From contig JBESAV010000001.1 of NCBI GenBank assembly GCA_041242255.1, forward strand, positions 96,001 through 160,000: DNA of 64,000 nucleotides. The letters are read 5' to 3'. The notes beneath the pieces were generated by a model, which saw nothing but the letters and a program-made list of their open reading frames with translations, made no database searches and was not told the origin of the DNA. The stretch is from Candidatus Altimarinota bacterium (lineage in GTDB: Bacteria > Patescibacteriota > Gracilibacteria > UBA1369 > GCA-2718715). Both the position numbers and the translations under genes were made by a program. Position 1 is the stretch's first letter. Every line of letters begins with the position of its first letter. Of the stretch, positions 59,387 to 64,000 are shown piece by piece.

Positions 59387-59404
59387 GTGGTTGACGTCAA
59401 CCAC
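59387..59404. promoter_or_regulatory. perfect 18-bp palindrome (putative operator)
   Basis: GTGGTTGACGTCAACCAC overlapping minus-strand TTGACG-17-TATTTT. Confidence 0.55.
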
Positions 59405-59429
59405 AACACAAAATTGTCAACTCACAACC

Positions 59430-61376
59430 TTAATTAGAAACATTCACAAACCCAGTATCTACAACCCCTGAAGTTTCATATTTATTTTTCACCATTCTGT
59501 TCCCAAATCCAAAATCATAAACAATGTAACCTTCATCAATTCCAATAATCTTATCAGAAACTAGTTGATACTCTAATCTAGTAAAAGTTCGTGGCGTATA
59601 ATTCTGACCTTCATATAATTTCCTATTAACAACTTCCAGGAAATCATCAATAGACTGCAAGACAAACTCAGGATTCTTCAAATCATCCTGACCTTCAGTA
59701 TCCAACAAATACAAATGATAATAATCACTATAATCAAACCCAAACCCTTGCTCCTGATATGGGAATTCTAATTTATTAACCAACACATTTGAAATCTTAG
59801 ATTGAGGATCATATCCAAAAGAGTAATCAGATAAATTATCATTTGAAAGCTGAGACCTAGAAGATTTTGTAGCATATAACGACCTCATTGAACTTACATA
59901 ATCCCCTCTTAACTTTGCTAAACTTAATGTTGAAAAAGGTCCTGTTCGAGCATCTTCTAACAAGTCAGGACTTCTGTAATCAATTAAGGCACTATTTTTT
60001 ATCAAGAATAATCTATTCTCCCTCCCTCTCTCCAAATTATAATCCCCTCTCATCGGCAAGAACCTACCCTCATCAGAAAGACCATATCCAAACACCAACT
60101 TCGTAAAGTCAAACTCAGGGCTCTCAATGCTATGTTTCGCTAGCTGTCTATAAGTATGATTACAAATTGGATTGCCATTTGCATCAAGCTCATCACATTC
60201 AGCATGAGTATCCCCACTAAACTCATTCAAAAACTCACTATCAAAAAACTCATACCTTTCCACTGGATGACAATTACTTGATCCATCAGCACACCTCAAT
60301 CGAATTCTCAAAATCAAAGTATCATTCTGATCAAACCCATCATAGTATGATTGCTCAAAAGCTCTCTGTACATCCTGTTCAAGATTTGAGCCAGTCAAAG
60401 CCAAAGATCCAACCCATCCGACATTTCCAGCAGTCTTCTCCAAAATTTGCTCTTTGTTAAAAGAACTCAAACCAAACTTAACAGTCTCACCCTTCTCCAT
60501 CACATTCCAGTTACACGGGTGATCTAACGGATCTATGAACTCATCACTCCCATTCCATTTAGCTCCAAACTCAACCTGATGCGGAACACACTCAGTACCA
60601 GCATCACCAGTCCCTAAAGCCGGAACAGTATAGTAAAACCTTGCTTCTTCCTGTCTTTCTTTAGGGTTATTTGTAACCACCATCTGAGAAGTACTTCTGT
60701 ATGAATCAGCCACAGTCACTCTCCTTAAACCAACATTACCACATTGAAAGTTCGGCACAGCAACACTCAGAAAATTCTTCCCATCAGAAGCTCTCTTAAA
60801 GATATTATAATCCCCAGTACCTTTATCATAATTAGCAGATGGATCACACAAGGCTCCAAAGTCCCCAGTATAAAATCCTAGATCAGCCTGCTTAGTCAAA
60901 GCCACTTCTCCTGCATTAGCCCTAGCATCAGGGTCTACAATCTCAGGACCTATCAAACTATTACTATAATTTTGTTCATCAAAACTATAAGCAGTAGGAA
61001 CAGGCACAACTGAAGCACCATAAAAATCATACTCCATAACCACATCAGCATTTCCATTCCCATAAACTGGCTTCGGTAATTCTAAAGCATCTCTCAAGTC
61101 AGCTCCATTTGATGTAAAATCTAGCACTTTCCCTAACTCATAGTACCCACTCCTAAATTGCATCAATCTACTCAAAACCTTGTTAGCAATATTCACAGAA
61201 AATCTCTCCTGTATGTTCTCCTCTAAACTACTCCCAACCGCACGCTGATAATCAACCGTCTGCCTAGCAATCTGAGTTGAAACCACAACCATACCTACTG
61301 CAAACAAAACCCCAACTATCAAAACAGCATAACCTTGCTTACTTTTCCCTATAAATGATTGAAATTTCTTATCCAT
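59430..61376 (-). CDS. large PilX-like prepilin protein
   Basis: KQG|YAVLI (no Glu5) + hydrophobic helix; ~600-aa Cys-containing head. Confidence 0.7.
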   Translation of the reverse strand: MDKKFQSFIGKSKQGYAVLIVGVLFAVGMVVVSTQIARQTVDYQRAVGSSLEENIQERFSVNIANKVLSRLMQFRSGYYELGKVLDFTSNGADLRDALELPKPVYGNGNADVVMEYDFYGASVVPVPTAYSFDEQNYSNSLIGPEIVDPDARANAGEVALTKQADLGFYTGDFGALCDPSANYDKGTGDYNIFKRASDGKNFLSVAVPNFQCGNVGLRRVTVADSYRSTSQMVVTNNPKERQEEARFYYTVPALGTGDAGTECVPHQVEFGAKWNGSDEFIDPLDHPCNWNVMEKGETVKFGLSSFNKEQILEKTAGNVGWVGSLALTGSNLEQDVQRAFEQSYYDGFDQNDTLILRIRLRCADGSSNCHPVERYEFFDSEFLNEFSGDTHAECDELDANGNPICNHTYRQLAKHSIESPEFDFTKLVFGYGLSDEGRFLPMRGDYNLERGRENRLFLIKNSALIDYRSPDLLEDARTGPFSTLSLAKLRGDYVSSMRSLYATKSSRSQLSNDNLSDYSFGYDPQSKISNVLVNKLEFPYQEQGFGFDYSDYYHLYLLDTEGQDDLKNPEFVLQSIDDFLEVVNRKLYEGQNYTPRTFTRLEYQLVSDKIIGIDEGYIVYDFGFGNRMVKNKYETSGVVDTGFVNVSN

Positions 61377-61443
61377 ATGAGCCAAACAATAAGTATTAAA
61401 TTTTTATTCAAAATAAGTATACAAATATATACATCAATCCCAA

Positions 61444-62547
61444 CTAATCTACACTTGCCACAACAGTCCTTTGAATCTTAAGTTCATATTCATCACTCAA
61501 TCCAAACACAAAATAATCAGGCGATGTCTTCAAAGTCATCAAAATAGTCACCCTAGGTGGCACCTGCACATTTGGATCAAACTCACCAAAAGCCTTCGAC
61601 GCATCCTCCCTTGGTTCGATCACAAATTTCAGCTCTTCAACCGAAACCTTCAGAGGCGTAACCGGAATAAAATTCTCCAATATATCTTCTCCGTCCTCCA
61701 AACTATATAAGTCAGTCCTATCAACCATCTCTCCCAGACTATTCGTACAATTATATCCTTCAGCACAGATATAGTCTTTAGTTTCAATCCCACCGCTAGT
61801 TGTCGCAGCATCAGCAATCAGCTCTAGCTTCGACACAGCATAACCATTATCAGAAACCTGCTCTCTACTATATATAGTCTTCACCGACTCATCCTCACTT
61901 ATTATATATAATTCATCAAACACATTCGACACACCCGAACTACACGAACCATTTCCAGCTCTTCCTACAGCTGGGTTTGGTGAATTCCCAGTATCATAAC
62001 TTATATCCAAATACGAACTACTACAAAATGCTGCTGAGCTAGTTCCTCCAAAAATACCTTCATTAAAATCTTCACTATAACTCAAGCTAGCAGACACACA
62101 GTCTGGATCAGGTACTCTGACCAGATCATATCCACCACTTCCATTTGGCTTCTGACACAGGGCTCCAGCAGCATCAGGCACCTCTTTTCCAGCAGAATAA
62201 TAAATCCCACCATCATAAAACTGCCAAGCATACAACCCATGATCCTGACCATATTCAGAAGAAGTTGTTACACTAGCTGATATATCAACATTTGGACATA
62301 GCCCGTTTACCACACATTGATTAAAGTACTCTTCATAATCCACACTCCCCTCACTAATTTCTCTAGCAATTGTATCCATCAAAATCTTTGAATCCTCCAA
62401 AAGCGCAGCTCTCACAGCCATCTCCTGTGAAAAAACATAAGTATCAAAAAAAGCTGTTATTAAAATTGTCATCAAAAAACCAGATATAGTCAACGCCACC
62501 AAAACCTCAATCAAAGTAAAACCAGCCTTCTTAACAATCTTAATCAT
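61444..62547 (-). CDS. large prepilin-type protein (PilW-like)
   Basis: KAG|FTLIE; AREI..G..DYEEY; Cys-rich. Confidence 0.85.
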   Translation of the reverse strand: MIKIVKKAGFTLIEVLVALTISGFLMTILITAFFDTYVFSQEMAVRAALLEDSKILMDTIAREISEGSVDYEEYFNQCVVNGLCPNVDISASVTTSSEYGQDHGLYAWQFYDGGIYYSAGKEVPDAAGALCQKPNGSGGYDLVRVPDPDCVSASLSYSEDFNEGIFGGTSSAAFCSSSYLDISYDTGNSPNPAVGRAGNGSCSSGVSNVFDELYIISEDESVKTIYSREQVSDNGYAVSKLELIADAATTSGGIETKDYICAEGYNCTNSLGEMVDRTDLYSLEDGEDILENFIPVTPLKVSVEELKFVIEPREDASKAFGEFDPNVQVPPRVTILMTLKTSPDYFVFGLSDEYELKIQRTVVASVD

Positions 62548-63172
62548 TTATCGAGATTAAATAATCCGGTTTCCTCACCTTAATATTTGAAAACTCATCT
62601 TCATATGCCACTACAACTCTAAAGTCGCCACTAGCAGAAATATCAACATACCTATAGTAACCAAGTGGTCTATAAACATCATCATCCAAACCACTAACAT
62701 CCTGAACATTAGTATAAACAACTCCTCCACCCGTCAAACTTTTCTCATAAACTTCCAAAGCCTCATATCCAGGTACAAACTGGCTAGGATTATCTAAATC
62801 ATCCACTACATCTTGAGTATCAGAAACAGAAACTAGATCCCACACCTGCCCCCCAGACTGCTCTCGGATCTCCACGATATATCTTCCATCATATTTCGCT
62901 AAATTCTCACAATCCACAGACAGATCCTCATCAATCCTAGTCAACTTACACTCATCAAAATTATCTTCCCCATACCTCAATAAATTCGCTTGATGAATAT
63001 AATTAACTTGCTCATAACCTTCAGTCAAAACAACATCAACATAATAGTTATTCCTACTTATCTCAACCTGCCTTACAGCAGAAACAACAACCTGATTAAC
63101 AACCAAAAGCACAACAGAAAGAACTCCCAATGTCACTACAACTTCAATAAATGTAAAACCCTTCTTCATCAC
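62540..63172 (-). CDS. prepilin-type protein (PilV-like)
   Basis: KKG|FTFIE; EGYE. Confidence 0.85.
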   Translation of the reverse strand: MMKKGFTFIEVVVTLGVLSVVLLVVNQVVVSAVRQVEISRNNYYVDVVLTEGYEQVNYIHQANLLRYGEDNFDECKLTRIDEDLSVDCENLAKYDGRYIVEIREQSGGQVWDLVSVSDTQDVVDDLDNPSQFVPGYEALEVYEKSLTGGGVVYTNVQDVSGLDDDVYRPLGYYRYVDISASGDFRVVVAYEDEFSNIKVRKPDYLISIND

Positions 63173-63245
63173 ATAAACTTTATTTACCCAAAGTTTACAG
63201 ATCCATTCAACTACTTAAAACAAATCAAATTGACTCTTTAAGATT

Positions 63246-64000
63246 TTACTGACTTATTACACCAAACACCGGCATATCATCTTGAGTACCCAAAGACCTA
63301 ATGTTCACTGACCTTATATCTGCGTAATTAGGAAAACTCGGGTTATCAGCCAAGACTTTATCCAACTGCTTTATACCAGTAGCTCCAGTTCCTTGGAAAA
63401 GGCTCCCCGCTATAGTCTCTTCTATCAAAGAAAGCTCACGATCCCCACTTATATATCCTTCAGAATCAAAACAAGCATTCTCGATCGTAATCTTATCTTC
63501 TATATTCCTACATTCATTTTTCAAAGTACCATTTGAAGTCAACGGCTCAAACGAATTGGCATTCTCTCCACAAGGAACTAAACATGTATATGTTTCAGTT
63601 ACTGTATTACCAGTTGGCTGGCCAAAAGCATCCCTTTCCTCCACATCAACATCTTTAGTCACAAAATCAAAAGTCAAAGGAGTATACCTAAAGGCATTTA
63701 AATCATCATTCAGTGACAAAGCTCTACTTTCAGACACAGAACCATCCGCTCTCAAAGGAGGAGTATTCGAAGCACACCCGATACAATTCCCTGAATACAA
63801 TGCACCAACCAAACTAAACTGATTATACAAAGTACTTTCATCTATAATACTTCTATTCAAAATATTATCAGCATCCCCTTCAGCCGCTGCGACTGCATTC
63901 GCAGCATCAGGAGCAGACAACAACCTTCCATCAGAATAGATGTAAGAAACAACATCAGTCACATTCGCACTTACTATCACTTCACCACCTTGACCAAGAT
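63246..64000 (-). CDS. C-terminal part of a large hypothetical (likely pilus-associated) protein, 5' end outside the window
   Basis: Frame stays open to the window edge; GALYSGNCIG..LNAFR. Confidence 0.65.
   Translation of the reverse strand, partial: LGQGGEVIVSANVTDVVSYIYSDGRLLSAPDAANAVAAAEGDADNILNRSIIDESTLYNQFSLVGALYSGNCIGCASNTPPLRADGSVSESRALSLNDDLNAFRYTPLTFDFVTKDVDVEERDAFGQPTGNTVTETYTCLVPCGENANSFEPLTSNGTLKNECRNIEDKITIENACFDSEGYISGDRELSLIEETIAGSLFQGTGATGIKQLDKVLADNPSFPNYADIRSVNIRSLGTQDDMPVFGVISQ

Noticed and set aside
158-63822. Numerous 60-120-aa antisense or overlapping ORFs in the six-frame track
   Set aside because: They shadow well-supported genes and their composition follows strand skew (S/P/I/F-rich); no motifs or expression signals.
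1-64000. Alternative genetic code 25 (TGA=Gly) as in Gracilibacteria/Absconditabacteria
   Set aside because: Conserved genes are full length under code 11, and TGA ends genes at sensible positions (7842, 14867, 15370 with ATGA overlaps).

Overview
Low-GC bacterial chromosomal DNA read with standard code 11: TGA ends several genes, so this is not a code-25 lineage. It looks most like Patescibacteria/CPR (Peregrinibacteria-like) because of the many prepilins, an SLH protein, an LPxTG-P tail, mostly SD-less starts and scavenging hydrolases; this assignment is inference. The + strand is strongly C/A-rich throughout and most genes lie on the - strand. Contents: assorted hydrolases and lipoproteins (0-12 kb); a type IV pilus locus next to a two-component system (11.9-25 kb); peptidases and a DEDDh exonuclease (25-32 kb); mutM, yceI, mgtE, a class B PBP, an M16 peptidase and ndk; and a second cluster of large prepilin-like genes at the right end. 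The best candidate for an undescribed system is at 32.8-48.9 kb. Five large membrane-tethered paralogs share an N-terminal peptide (approx. IGxPPxxxIDxG) and a conserved ~200-aa Trp-motif domain, then carry different C-terminal cargo (an EF-Tu domain II-like barrel, a Kazal inhibitor, tectonin-like propeller, Ig-like domains). Each has its own extended -10 promoter and terminator. Next to them, a tiny LPDTG-tailed protein carries essentially only the same peptide on a proline stalk, which suggests a peptide-docking or strand-exchange surface assembly. Other highlights: a MYXO-CTERM-like protein behind a perfect 18-bp palindrome, a PilC-SH3b fusion, and a long-hairpin leader or sRNA upstream of a compositionally foreign gene. 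No tRNA, rRNA, CRISPR array, integrase, transposase or reverse transcriptase was recognised.
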